Source: Squalus acanthias (Eukaryota). From it: a stretch of DNA of 64,000 nucleotides. The stretch spans positions 75,270,001 through 75,334,000 of the forward strand of contig CM059432.1 of NCBI GenBank assembly GCA_030390025.1, read 5' to 3'. Shown here one piece after another: positions 13,494 through 25,999 of the stretch; within the stretch, counting starts at the first letter, position 1, and each line of letters opens with the position of its first letter. Position numbers and translations under genes: made by a program. Under the pieces are notes generated by a model. That model was not told the origin of the DNA, made no database searches, and saw only the letters and a list, made by a program, of their open reading frames with translations.

Positions 13494-14110
13494 GGCCCCG
13501 ATTTTACTCCCCCTCCGCTCCCCCCAGGTGGAAAGTGTGCAGCGGTGGCGGGGACGGAGGGGGAGCAGTTAAAATGAGGGAACAACTTAGTCCCCCTATT
13601 CTGCTGCCTTCCAGATGGGTCCAAATATTAAACTGCTCTTCTGAGCAGGCGAGCAGGACACTCGCTCCAAGCTGGTGGAGTCCTGTTTCAATATGCAGAT
13701 CGGGGCTGATGACATCATTGGGACCCTATCTGCTAATTTCGTCCGAAGCCTGAGCGGTGGAGCCGTGACAGCTTCCCCGTTAGGCCAAACCTGTCAGGAG
13801 GGGGATCGTGAGCCAGAAGAGGCCCAGGCAGGTAAGCTTTTAGTTTTGTAGGGTATGATGTGTTTCTTCTCAAACCTATCTTTGTTTTCCTTCCAGAGAT
13901 TTTAAGTGAGGTGACTGATTGCTGGATGTCCCTGGAAGTATCTTGGGATTGAGACGGATCCTTGTATTGGCTCATGAAATGGCTTCGCAGCTGGTGCTGC
14001 TGCATCCGATGCTGCACTGGTTGAATAGCAGAGAGGGAGGGAAGCATGGAAATCTGTCAAATAGGAGAAGGCTCCCGTGGCCCAGGAATGTGGCAGGAGA
14101 AAGGCGGGTA
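13494..14110 (+). mobile_element. Probable left-end fragment of another Harbinger element
   Basis: Left end GGCCCCGATTTT, a short GTAAG...TTCCAG intron, then MASQLVLL...RRRLPWPR, which resembles a Harbinger transposase N-terminus. Truncated by a Penelope tail at about 14115-14385. Confidence 0.4.
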
Positions 14111-15163
14111 GATTTCAAGAGTTCAGACCACCCCATCATTGTTTCTATACTTGTCTCATTATCACCTCTTTTGCCTTGCACCGTCATCACTCCTGCCCTC
14201 CATCTATCACAGACCTCACCCTTTTGTTCTTTTTATGTCCCATTTCCCTGGTTCTGTACTTGCTTAAAAGCTGTACATCTCTATCATCTTCCAGTTCTGA
14301 TGAAAGGTCATCGACCTGTGTTACTCTCTCCACAGAAGCTGCCTGACCTGCTGAGTGTTTCCAACATTTTCTGTTTTTATTTATGAAGTAATGGACATGT
14401 TAGAGAACTAGTAAAGTGGGATCAAAAAAAGATCCCACTAAATAATGCACCTAAGGAAGATTGAAGACTGGTGAAAGGGACTGGTGCATAGTGCAGATAA
14501 TTACAACGCACTCAGTCAGCTCTGAAACATTCTCCCAGTCTTTCTATAAGCAAGGTACTTTACATTCTGGTGAGCTATAAAGTTGTGATGCTGCCTAAAA
14601 TACAAAACACAAAATATTTACTCATTGAATACATATTTAGAAGGCACAGAGCACAAACAGTGGAGGGACTCAGTGGGCCAAACTTCTTACTCCTTTAAAG
14701 CTATTGTGGAGGTCATGAGATGGAAAGTTGTGCCAGGCGGGGTGATGTGCAAGCTGGAGAGGAAACACTCCAGGTTTGTGTAATTACAACCGCACACCTC
14801 TCTGTGTTTCAGTTGGTATTGAGTAGTGACTGCAACACAGAAGCCACAAGCCTAACTATTCCTATGGATTTTTCATGCGCCCTTTTCTTCCTGGTACAGA
14901 TATGCAGAACACCAGGAGCAGCAAGCTGGGCCTTCTTAGCAACAAGCCTTATCGTAGCTTCTGCTGAGCAAATACACGGCGCAGGCGCAGGCACAGGCAC
15001 GGTCCCTGTTGAGCTATTTTTGATCCTCACTTCAAAGATCTGCTATGAAACTGAGGATACTTAATATTCATTTGCCTCCTTGCAGAGCACACTTAACAAA
15101 TAAATTTAGCTTAAAGTTAAACAAATATTTCAAAAGTGAGAGAGAAAAAAGTTAACACACTAA

Positions 15164-15723
15164 AGCCTGGATTTTAACTCCTGGCGGGAGGGGTGTGGGT
15201 GGGGGGCGAGGTGAACAGGAAACTGTCCGGCCCTCCGCAGTGTGATTTCAACTCCCAGGTCTCATCTGCATGGGTCCCGTCAATCCCCTGCTCAAACATG
15301 CCGGGAAGTACAAGCTGGTCAGTGGGCGGCAACGGGATTTCAGGCAACAAGATGCCACCGGCAGGGTCCCGAAGGAACGGTCCCTGGCAGTCAGGTAAGT
15401 GCTTATTGAGGTGGGTGGGGCGGGGTGGGGGGGTGCGGGGCTGGCGGTGCGGGTTAGGAGAGCATCACATTTGGGGGAGGGAAGCCCGGGACATGAGAGG
15501 CCTAAGGTTTCCTTATGTGGCGCGATAGAGCACTCCCGCTCCTCCTGGCCCGCAAGGAAACAAAAAAAAGTAAATGACTTACCTTTCTGAGCCTCTACTG
15601 GCCCCGGATCCAAGTGCCACCACGTTGCCTGGGGAAGCCAATGGGATTGGAGTAAATCGCTGCAGCCATTTTAACTGCCTGTCCGCTTGGTTTCCGCTGG
15701 ATGGGCAGGGTTAAAATTGGCCC
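15164..15723. mobile_element. Harbinger-type MITE
   Basis: Ends GCCTGGATTTTAAC ... GTTAAAATTGGCCC with a GC-rich interior. Confidence 0.5.
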
Positions 15724-16585
15724 TTATGAGATATAAAATGAAAGTTAAAATCAATAAAAGTAAAGAGGCTTACTCTCCCCACTCACACCATCACAAGTGA
15801 GACTTCTCAGTGTCCTAACTACCCACAACAGAGCAGAGTGAAAAGTGACAGGCTATATAGAGAGGCATGATTAAACTTGCTGTAAACTCACAAAATCCTG
15901 CTGCTGCTCTGCTTAATGTAGGGCTGAGTGCCAGATATGGCAAGGACTTAACATTAGTTGAGTTCCAAGCAATTACTTTCCTTTGGATTTATTCCCTCTT
16001 AAAATAATGAATTTGTAGGGCTTCTCCATGCAATTTCAGACACAGCCACGGACCTTGTTGAGTCATTTTTGATTCTGATTTCAAAGGGCCTGCTATGAAA
16101 CCAAGGATACTTCATATGTGGAGACATTGGGGTGATAGTTCACGAGATTGTGTCTTAGATTGTGTCTGCTTCTTGTCAGCATATTCAGTCTATTTACAGC
16201 CGCAGCTGATAAAGTAAACTTTTTGGGGGAGAAATTCGGTATCGCCCCGTTTGGGGCGCAGTTATCGGCTGGGCGCAAAGTTTAGCGCCTGGTGCTAATT
16301 ATCGCCTCCGACTGCAAACTTGGCTTTTATCGCCCCTGGAGGTGATTGGAGCGCTAAATCAGGTGCTGCACACCTGTCTTAAGGCGCAAAGGCCGAGGAG
16401 TGAGGTGCTAACTCAGAGCGCGGGCGCAGCGCAGGTGATGTCAGTTAGCGATGGAACACAGACACACTGGCGCTGGCCAGTTCTTAAAGGGGAGGGTCGA
16501 TCTTGCTCTCCAGCCACACCCTGCTCATTGGAGCCTTGAATCTCGGCCTGGAGAGACCTGTGCCTACATTTTCCAGCCAAGGACG

Positions 16586-19500
16586 ATGGAGAGGGCGAGA
16601 GAACGAGCTCAGCGCTTCAGCGAGCAGGCCTTAGAGGCTCTGGTTGGCGCGGTGGAGCGCAGAAGATCTATACTCTTCCCTGAGAGTGGCAGGAGGCCTT
16701 TGTCACGCGACTACAGAAGAGTGTGGAGGGAGGTGGCTCAGCCCGTCTCCTCCAGGAGCATGGTGCCCAGGACCCATACTCAATGTCGCAAAAAGTTCAA
16801 CGACCTCACTCGGGTCGTCAGGGTGAGTGGCTTTTTTTCAATACCTCTCCATCCCTCCATTTCAACCTCATTCTATAGCCAGAGGGTCTTGAAACCCCAA
16901 TGCCCAACACTCATCCAACACCTATGGCCCTCTCATGAAACACACACGCACATTCCACACCTTGCATACGGTAAGGGCTATTCAACTATGGGAGGCACAT
17001 CAGGCAAGACCATGGCTGCATAAATTAAGGGCTATTCAATTATGGGAGGCACATCAGGCAAGACCATGGTTGTATATTTACTCAGACGCCATCCCTTTTC
17101 TTGCAGGCCAAGCTATCTAATAACAGGAGACAGCAACAATGGACGGGTGGAGGGCGGCCTCAGCTGCAACCCCTCAGCGATCTTGAGGCGCGCATCCACA
17201 GGATTGTGGCAAGCCAGGTGATCGGTCCCGTCGCCCCTGGAGAGGTCGACCCCGTTCGGGACAGCAATGGTAAGGTCATCAGCTTTCTCTCCTCTCTCAT
17301 TCCACTTGTCCCTCACAACACCAACCTTTGACACTTCCAATCCAACTTACTAAATCGCTGCACTCCTTCCTCCCTTATTGCCCCCCTGTCCTCACGCTAA
17401 AGCCACTCTTGTACCTCAATACAATAGCAAAATACTGCGGATGCAGGAAATCCGAAATAACAACAGAAAACGCTGGAAAAACTCAGCAGGCCAGGCAGCA
17501 TCCATGGAGAGAGAAACAGGGTTAACGTTTCAGGTCGAAGACCTTTCGTCAGAACTGGAAAAAAGCAGGAAATGGAACAGATTTTATAGCAAGATTCGGG
17601 GCTGGGAAATGGGGGAGGGGATGAAAGAACAAAAGGGAAGGTCAGTGATAGGATGGAAGACAGGAGAAGTAAAGAGGCATTAAGAGATATTCAAGGCAAG
17701 AGGAGATGGTAATGGGACAGGTTAAGGAACAAAGGATGGCTCTAGATGAAGTGTGAATTGCGCTGGCAGAATGAAGGACAGCTGCCATGTGGGAGAGAAG
17801 GAAAAAAGGCACAAACAAAAAGTGTGGTTAAAAAATATATATATGTGATAGGGGCCGAGGTTATGATCTGAAATTGTTGAACTCTATGTTGAGTCCAGAG
17901 GGCTGTAGAGTGCCTAATCGAAAGATGAGGTGCTGTTCCTCGAGCTTACGCTGAGCTTCCATGGAACAATGCAAGAGGCCGTGGACGGTGAGGTCTGAGT
18001 GGGAATGGAGCGGTGAATTAAAGTGACAGGCGACCGGAAGCTCGGGGTCCCCCTTACGGACTGAACGGAGGTGTTCCGCAAAGCGGTCACCCAATCTGCG
18101 TTTGGTCTCTCCAATGTAGAGGAGACCACATCGTGAGCAGCGAATACAGTATACTAAATTGCAAGAAATACAAGTAAATCGCTGTTTCACCTGGAAGGGG
18201 TGTTTGGGGCCCTGGACAGTGGGAAGGGGGGAGGTATAAGGGCATGTGTTGCATCTCCTGCGCTTGCACGGGAAGGTGCTGGGCGAAGGGGAAGGGGTGC
18301 TGGGGTTGGTAGAGGAGTGGACTAGGGTGTCGCGGAGGGAGCGGTCCCTACGGAATGCTGAAAGGGGAGGTGAGGGAAGATGCGTTTGGTGGTGGGATCA
18401 CGCTGGAGGTGGCGGAAATGGCGGAGGATGATCCGTTAAATGTGGAGGCTGGTGGGGTGAAAGGTGAGGACAAGGGGAACTCTATCGTGGTTCCGGGAGG
18501 GATGGGCATGGGTGAGGGCAGAAGTGCGGGAGATAGAACGGACACGGTCGAGGGCCGTGTCAACCACAGTAGAGGGGAATCCTCGGTTGAGGAAAAAAGA
18601 AGACATGTCGGAAGCACTGGTATGGAAGGTGGCATCGTCAGAGCAGATGCGGCGGAGACGGAGAAACTGGGAGAATGGAATAGAGTCCTTACAGGAGGCG
18701 GGGTGGGAGGAAGTGTAGTCCAGGTAGCTGTGGGAGTCAGTGGGCTTGTAGTGAATGTTTGTCAATAACCTATCCCCAGAGATGGAGACGGAGAAGTCGA
18801 GGAAGGGAAGGGAAGAGTCGGAGATGGATCATGTGAAGGTGAGGGAAGGGTGGAAATTGGAAGCAAAGTGAATGAAATTTTCTAGTTCAGGGCGAGAGCA
18901 GGAGATGGCACCGATACAGTCATCAATGTACCAGAAAAAGAGGTGAGGGAGGGGACCCAAGTAGGACTGGAACAAAGAGTGTTCCACATATCCCACGAAA
19001 AGGCAACATAGCTAGGACCCATGCGGGTACCCATAGCAACACCTTTGATTTCGAGGAAATGAGTGGAGTCAAAGGAGAAGTTGTTCAATGTGAGAACAAG
19101 TTCAGCCAGGCGGAGGAGGGTGGTGGTGGATGGGGACTGGTTGGGCCTCAGTTCAAGGAAGAAGCGGAGCGCCCTCAGGCCATCCTGGTGGGGGATGGAG
19201 GTGTAGAGGGATTGTATGTCCATAGTGAAAAGGAGGCGGTTGGGGCCAGGAAACTGGAAACTGTTAAAGTGGCGGAGGGCATCGGAAGAGTCGCGGATGT
19301 AGGTGGGAAGAGACTGGACAAGGGGAGAAAAAATAGAGTCGAGATCGGAAGAGATAAGTTCCGTGGGGCAAGAACAGGCTGAAACGATGGGTCTACCAGG
19401 GCAGTCCTGTTTGTGGATCTTGGGAAGGAGGTAGAAGCGGGCTGTGCGGGGTTGGGGAACTATGAGGTTGGCGGCCATGGAGGGAAGATCTCCAGAGGAG

Positions 19501-22038
19501 ATGAGGTCAGTGACAGTGTTGGAAACGGTGCCTTGATGTTCGGTAATGGGGTCATGGTCCAGGCGTTCAGCTTCCACTAGGTAGAGGTCGGTTCGTCAAA
19601 CAACAACAGCACCACCCTTGTCAGCAGGTTTAATGACAATGTCGGGGTTGGATCTGAGAGAATGGAGTGCTGCAAGTTCAGAGGGAGGTAGGTTGGAGTG
19701 GGTGAGGGGAACAGAGAAATTGAGACGGCCGATGTCACGGCGGCAGTTTGCAATGAAAAGATCTAGAGAGGGTAAGAGGCCAAAGGGAGGAGTCCAGGTA
19801 GAACGAGAGTTCTGAAAGCGGGAGAAAGGGTCAGCCGTGCGGGGGGAAGACTCCTGGCCAAAGAAGTGGGCACGGAGGCGAAGGCGGCGGAAAAAGAGCT
19901 CAGCATCGTGCCGAGTTCGAAATTCATTGAGGTGGGGGCGTAAGGGGATGAAGCTCAGGCCTTTGCTGAGGGCTGATCGTTCGGGGTCAGAGAGGGGAAG
20001 GTCAGAGGGGATAGTGAAAACGCGGCAGGGGGTGAGATTGGGAGAAGGGATGGGGTCAGAGGAAAGTGAAGGGGAAGAAGGTTCCGGAGGGGCATTGGTG
20101 TTCAAGAGTTGATGAAGCTTGCAATCCTTGACATCAGAAAGGAAGAAAAAATGTTTTTTGTTGAAGCGTCGGATGAGTCAAAGGATGAAATGGAACTGTG
20201 GACCCGGACAGCTTTGAGAGAGTGTACGTCGGTGCTGCTGAAGAGAGAGGTCGAGAGTGTTCATGTGGCACCGCATGGCGTTGAGCGTGGATCTCAAGAT
20301 GCGGTGAGAGCAGTAGTTCGAGGAACGATGAATATCTTGGAGATATTTGTAATCCTGGGTGGATCCGAAACAGGAAGGGTGGAAGTTTAGTTGGAATCCA
20401 CATGGAATAAGTCGGAACCGGAGACAGTTGCTGAGGAAAGAGATGTGGCTGTGAAACCGAGTCTTGGCAGATACCTGATCAAACACGAGATGGGAAACTG
20501 AAAGCAATGAAGATGAACAAGGTTGAAGAGACTAACGGAAACCTTCCAGGTGAAACAGCAATTTACTTGTACTTCTTGCAATTTAGTATACTGTATTCGC
20601 TGCTCACGATGTGGTCTCCTCTACATTGGGGAGACCAAACGCAGATTGGGTGATCGCTTTGCGGAACACCTCCGGTCAGTCCGTAAGGGGGACCCCGAGC
20701 TTCCGGTCGCCTGTCACTTTAATTCACCGCACCATTCCCACTCAGACCTCACCATCCTCGGCCTCTTGCATTGTTCCACAGAAGCTCAGCGTAAGCGCGA
20801 GGAACAGCACCTCATCTTTCGATTAGGCACTCTACAGCCCTCTGGACTCAACATCGAGTTCAACAATTTCAGATCATAACCTCGGCCCCTATCACATATA
20901 TATACTCTTTTATCCACACTTTTTGTTTGTGCCTTTTTTCCTTCTCTCCCACATGGCAGCTGTCCTTCATTCTGCCAGCGCAATTCACACTTCATCTCGA
21001 GCCATCCTTTGTTTCTTAACCTGTCCCATTACCATCCACTCTTGTACCTCCCTGCTTTCAGATGGTGATTCACCAGCTGAGGAGACGGGCCCTCAAGTTG
21101 CCAGTGGGGGCAAAGCTGCAGACGAGGAGGAAGAGGAAGCCGGAGCATCAGCACCACCCTCTCCCGAGGAAGCCCATGCCCACACTGGGAACACACCTTC
21201 CCTGGAGGGGAGCAGGGGGGAAGGGTCTGATGAGGGTGAAGCTCTGGGACCCAGCGGGCTGCAGCAACGCGATGTGGCTAGGGAAGCTCAGGGGCCTTCT
21301 CCCCGGAGGGAGAGTAGGCCAGTGAGTCCTGCTGCACTGGACGCAGAAGAGGAGCGGCTCATTGCTGAAATGAACACCCAGGCGGTGGACAGGCACACTC
21401 AGCTCATGGTTGCAGTGGGAAGGGTGCCCGAATGCATTGATGCAATGGCAAGGAGTGTGGAGCACTACGCTGCAGCACAGGCGGATGCCACGCAAATGCT
21501 TAGTGCTGCAAATCAGTCACTGGCTGCCGTGATCCAATCTCAGACTGGTCTCATGCAGACTCATATTGAGGCCACGCAAGCACTGACTGCTGCCATTGTT
21601 GCTGGTTCAGACACATTTCCCCGGGGCTCTCACCGCGCCGCAGCAGGCCAGCAATCTGTGCTCCAGCAGATTGCTCCGGATGCTGAGGTGCTGCCCTGTG
21701 GGAGTGCCAGTGTGTCGGTCGAGCAAGGAGCTGCTGTCCTCTCTCAAGATGACAGCATTCCTGCTGCCACCACTGTCACTTCCCCATTGCACTTGCCACT
21801 GTCTGTAGCCCAGATTGCTGCCGCCCATGCAGAGTTGGTGCAGTCTGCAGCCGGGCCCTCCAGGCCCAGAGCTGGTCGGGGCCGTCCTTCAAGGGCATCT
21901 GCAGTCTCAGGTTCTGAAAATCAGCAGCCTTCCACCAGGCTTGCTGCAGCCACTGGGGCCCCATTACGGAGAAGCAGTAGGGTGGGAAGGGGGGAAGTGC
22001 GCAAGGGAAGGAAATCACCCTCGAAGGGCAAAAAGTAG
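16586..22038 (+). CDS. Intact spliced Harbinger Myb/SANT-like protein, 458 aa: join(16586-16822, 17107-17269, 21062-22038)
   Basis: Exons of 237+163+977 = 1377 nt splice in frame with GT/AG sites (GTGAGT 16823, TGCAG 17106, GTAAG 17270, TTCAG 21061) and have no internal stop. RFSEQALEALV...WREVA...QCRKKFNDL Myb/SANT motif, followed by acidic and Ala/Gln-rich regions. Expression is unknown. Confidence 0.8.
17521..17556 (-). ncRNA. Minimal hammerhead ribozyme motif in the Penelope tail
   Basis: Reverse complement reads AGUU-CUGACGA-A-AGGUC-UUC-GACCU-GAAA-CG-UU-AAC. Confidence 0.6.
17861..20507 (-). pseudogene. Penelope RT + GIY-YIG endonuclease polyprotein, interrupted by stops and frameshifts
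   Basis: Consecutive ORF pieces 20178-20507, 19596-20105, 18882-19577, 18436-18765 and 17861-18190. Confidence 0.88.
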
Positions 22039-23189
22039 GAGGTGTGACGAAAAGTTGGGAATTTTTTTATTAAAGGCCGAGGTTCGTGTTCAAAGTTTTG
22101 TTTAGTGTTTTGGACATTATCTCCAGGTTGTGAGAACCAGTTATGTTGGCAATCGAAGTAATGAAGGTCAAATCCAAAAGTACCTGCAAAGTGATGCTCA
22201 GTAGCCAAAACTACTTCACACAGCGTTGACTCTATGCAGAAGTCTCTCTATCTCTCTCTCAGAATTTCTCTCTCTGTCAGAATGTGTGGTGCAAAAATGT
22301 CTACCACACAAAAATCCAGGAAGAGGCTGCCTTTAAATAGCACCCCCCCGAGCCCCTCACCGACTGGGAAACGTTCCAGTCTCCCTGTCGTTGTTTGCGC
22401 CAGGCGGAAAGGAGGGGGGCGCCACTCAATATCCAGTCCAGGGCGCCACCAGGGCGTTGCACGCTCGACTGATGTCACGATTTGTGGGCGCAGGAGATCG
22501 GGGCAGTAAACTTTTGCGCCGCCGCATAAACTCGAGTTAATTTCGTGAGCGGTGCAAACATCGCCGCTCTGAGGGCGCTAATGGGAGGCGCAAACCAACT
22601 GAATTTTTCCCCCTTTATGTTTTGCCAAACACTTGGCAGAGGAAGGCAGCGCGTGAATACTCTGAAAAAAACCGATCATGCTGACAGCAGTGTTAAGTGA
22701 ATGCATATCAAAAGGATTCCTTTGACCCATGTCAATCTAGTATACCCAATTTAATGTTTAGCATCTATAATGAATGAATACAAGGATCCAAGGAAGACTG
22801 TTCTGAATGTGATTTTTAAAGCATTTTTCTGTAATCTGTTTAATTAAATTTCTGCTAACCCCTTACATAATACCATAGCCAGTAAGGACTAGAAATAATT
22901 GCAGCTTAAATTTTGGTTAAAGAAAATGCTTATTGGATATTTTGTAAAGAAACCTTACTATTAAGACAGCTGTTTATTTACATGGATTTTGATCAGAATT
23001 ACTAATGTAATCATATATTCTTGTAATTACTTTTAATTTATTTCTTTTGTCATTTTATTGCAGTGTACACCATGACTTTATTCATAACCAGTAACCCAGC
23101 TAGAAATACAGATCTGTGTGCAAGCTAATTCCAAGTGTTATCAACTCAAAGTCACAAATGACAACCTTTGTGACTGTGACCGTGGTGCA

Positions 23190-25138
23190 CTCACCCTTCT
23201 CCACCTCTCTGCAGCCTGGAACACAGTTGACTACATAATCTCCTCTAATGCCTCTCCTCTGTTGTATAGCTGAGTGGGTCTGCCCTCGACTGGTTCCACT
23301 CTTACCTAACCAGTCATAGCCAGCGAATCTCCTGCGATGGCTTCTCTTCCTTCTCCCTCACTGTTAACTCTGGTGTCTACAAAAGATTTATCCTTGGCCC
23401 CCTCCTATTTCTCATCTACATGCTGCCCCTCAGCGACATCACCCGAAGGCACAACGTCAGGTTCCACATTACGCTGACGACACCCAGCTCTACCTCACCA
23501 CTACCTCTCTTGACCCCTCCACTGCCTCTGTGTTCTTGTCTGACATCCAGTCCTGGATGAGCTGAAATTTCCTCCAATTGAACATTGGGGAGACCAAGGG
23601 GTAAAAATTGAGTCGCGCCCCATTTGGGGCGCTAACCTCGCCGGGGCGCGACTTTTAGCGCCCCGAAAAAATTAGCGGCCCCGCGCCGGAACTTCAGTGG
23701 TTGCGCCCCAAGAGGGAAGCGGGGCGCAACTGGAAGCACCCCGCATCCCTCTTGGGGCGCTGCGAGTGAATATCCTGGCGCTACGTGCCGCAGCGCCACG
23801 CGCTGCGGCACGTCGCGCCGCGGTATTGCATGCCTTCCTCCCCTTCTTAAAGGGGAGGGGCCTTGCGCAGCGCGAACCGGGGCCCAGCTGGGCCCCCGGG
23901 GATCGGGAGTGCCGGCAAAAGAGCCCGGCACTCAAGAGAAGTGCCGGGCTCTTGGAGCGCAGCCGGCACTTCACGGTGGGGGGGCTTCACGGGGGCCGGG
24001 GACAGCAACAGGGGCAGGTGCTGGCAGGCGGCCAGCAACAAAAATGGCCGCCTGCCACCTCCCCTTTAAATATCGCCGCCCCGGCCGCACGTACGCCCCC
24101 CTGAACCCGTCAGACATAGCGTCTGGCGGTAAATCAGGGGGCGCGACTGAAGATCACGGCCGGGGCGCGAGCGGGGCGCTGCGCACGGCGATGACGTCAT
24201 CGCCGGCGGCGCAGCGCCACAGGGCGCTACCGGCTGCCGCCGCCGCTAACCTCCCACTAAATTTTTCGGGAGGCGTGGGCGGCGCTGCGCCCGGGCGTTA
24301 GCTGCTTTACGCCCCATTAGCGCCCTCTTAAGGCACTAACGGGAGGCGCAAGCAGCTGAATTTTTCCCCCCAAAGCTATTGTCTTCGACCCCCGCCACAA
24401 ACTCCGTTCCCTAGTCACCAATTCCCTCCCCCTCCCTGGCCACTGTCTTAGGCTGAACCAACGTTGGCGTCTTATTTGACCCTGGGCTGAGGTACCGACC
24501 CCATATCCTCTCCATCAAAAAGAGCGCCTACTTTTTCTTCTGTACCTCTGTAATATCACCTGTCTCCGCTCCTGCCTCAGCTCATGTGCTGCTGAAACCC
24601 CCATCCATGCTTTTGTTACTCCAGACTTGACTATACTAAAACTCTGCTGCCCATATCCTAACTCACACCAAGTCTTGCTCACCCATCATCCCTGTGCTCG
24701 CTGACTTACATCGGTTCCCAGTCCACCAACATCTTGATTTAAAAATTCTTATCCTTGTGTTCAAATCCCTCCATGGCCTCACCCCTTCCTATCTCTGTGA
24801 CCTCCTCCAGCCCTACAACCCTCCAAGAACTCTGAGTTCCTCCAACTCTGGCCTCTTGTGCATCCTCCACAGCCTTTGCCCTATCATTGGCGGCCGTGCC
24901 TTCAGCCGTCTAAGCCTTACGCTCTGGAATTCCCTCCCTAAACCTCTCCACCTTTCCATCTTGCTTTCCTCCTTTAAGTTGCTCCTTAAAACCTCCCTCT
25001 TTGACCAAGCTTTTAGTCACCTGTCCTAATATATCCTTCTTTAGCTCAATGTCATTTTTTGTCTGATTACAATCCTGTGAAGCTTCTTGCGATGTTTTAC
25101 TATGTTAAAGGTGCTATATAAATGCAAGTTGTTGTTAT
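23190..25138 (+). mobile_element. L2 LINE fragment interrupted by a MITE
   Basis: RT-like LGPLLFLIYMLPL and YADDTQLY, C-terminal LADLHRFPV...LWNSLP, and tail AAAGGTGCTATATAAATGCAAGTTGTTG. Confidence 0.85.
23598..24370. mobile_element. CpG-rich Harbinger MITE (F)
   Basis: Ends GGGGTAAAAATT / AATTTTTCCCCC with a CAA TSD. Termini are related to C and D. Splits the L2 coding sequence cleanly. Confidence 0.88.
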
Positions 25139-25681
25139 ATTAGTATTTACATGATTACTGAGCCAAATTACACATTGATGCTAGGTTTATTATGGCATTG
25201 AATTTTTGCTTATGGCCCACTAAAATAGATAACAAAATATTAAAAATAATTCAGACAACTGTATAGCTCCATACCATTATCCATACTCGTTCATTCTAGT
25301 AATGCACTATAGTACTGTGTAACTGAATAACAACTAAAAATGTACCCACCATACTGCACTGTTTCGAGTGTTGAATTGAGTATTTTAACATAACTATAGT
25401 TTTTAAGTGACAAAGAGGTCTCCCAGAATATTTTAATAATTTGAAAGAGTGTTAAAAAGGCCTGTAATAAATTATGGGACGATGGCAGCACTAGTCATTT
25501 ACAGCTACTGTAAATTTGCTGGAATTTATGACCTTTGGCTTTTAGGTTCTAGTAACCATGGTGATACACATTTTAGAGAGAAAGACAGATAATTAGAGTA
25601 TGGGATCTACAAGAAAAAAAGTTGAAGTAAAAGGATCTGAAAAGCCAGACTTCCAGTCTCTGACTGAATGGTGATATACCT

Positions 25682-25890
25682 CTCCTGCTTTCTATCCTAT
25701 CATTGACCTTCCTTTTGCTCTTTCATCCCCTCCCCCTTTTCCCAGCCCTAACTTGCTTTAAAATCTATTTCATTTCCTGCTTTTTTCCAGTTCTGACGAA
25801 AGGTCTTCGACCTGAAACGTTAACTCTGTTTCTCTCTCCACGGATGCTGCCTGGCCTGCTGAGTTTTTCCAGCGTTTTCTGTTGTTATTT
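25682..25890 (+). mobile_element. Short Penelope tail-only insertion
   Basis: Near-identical to 62540-62748. 13-bp TSD TGGTGATATACCT at 25669-25681 and 25891-25903. Confidence 0.85.
25789..25825 (+). ncRNA. Minimal hammerhead ribozyme motif
   Basis: AGUU-CUGACGA-A-AGGUC-UUC-GACCU-GAAA-CG-UU-AACU. Confidence 0.6.
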
Positions 25891-25999
25891 TGGTGATATA
25901 CCTTGTTTGAAACAGATAACTGACTGTGACATGAAAGGTACAGAGTGACATTAACATTGACTAATAGAATCTTAAATTTAAAAAAATCTCCTTACAATT

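Larger units (their letters stand above)
17418..21035 (-). mobile_element. Penelope-like retroelement (Neptune type) with an inverted 3' duplication
   Basis: RT motifs (KPADKGGAVVV, YLLPKIHK..PGRPIVS, TMDIQSLYTSI, GVAMGTRMGP), a CxxxxCxxC linker and GIY-YIG (VYCIRCSRCGLLYIGET). 15-bp TSD CCACTCTTGTACCTC at 17403-17417 and 21036-21050; the empty site is visible in element D. Confidence 0.92.
16225..22613. mobile_element. Harbinger element C (transposase deleted, Myb-like gene retained, Penelope nested inside)
   Basis: TIRs GGGGGAGAAATTC / GAATTTTTCCCCC with TTT on both flanks. Colinear with the reverse complement of element D except for the transposase. Confidence 0.9.

Noticed and set aside
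14290..14325. Additional hammerhead copy
   Set aside because: The GAAA core box is deleted. The copy near 1597 is also mutated in the core and stem II.
14720..15064. Possible host exon or ORF
   Set aside because: No recognisable domain and no convincing splice pair.
20923..22038. 371-aa ORF as a standalone gene
   Set aside because: The first 46 residues are Penelope or intron sequence; the remainder is exon 3 of the Myb-like gene.
23632..24301. Overlapping GC-rich ORFs
   Set aside because: Result of stop-codon scarcity in a GC-rich MITE.
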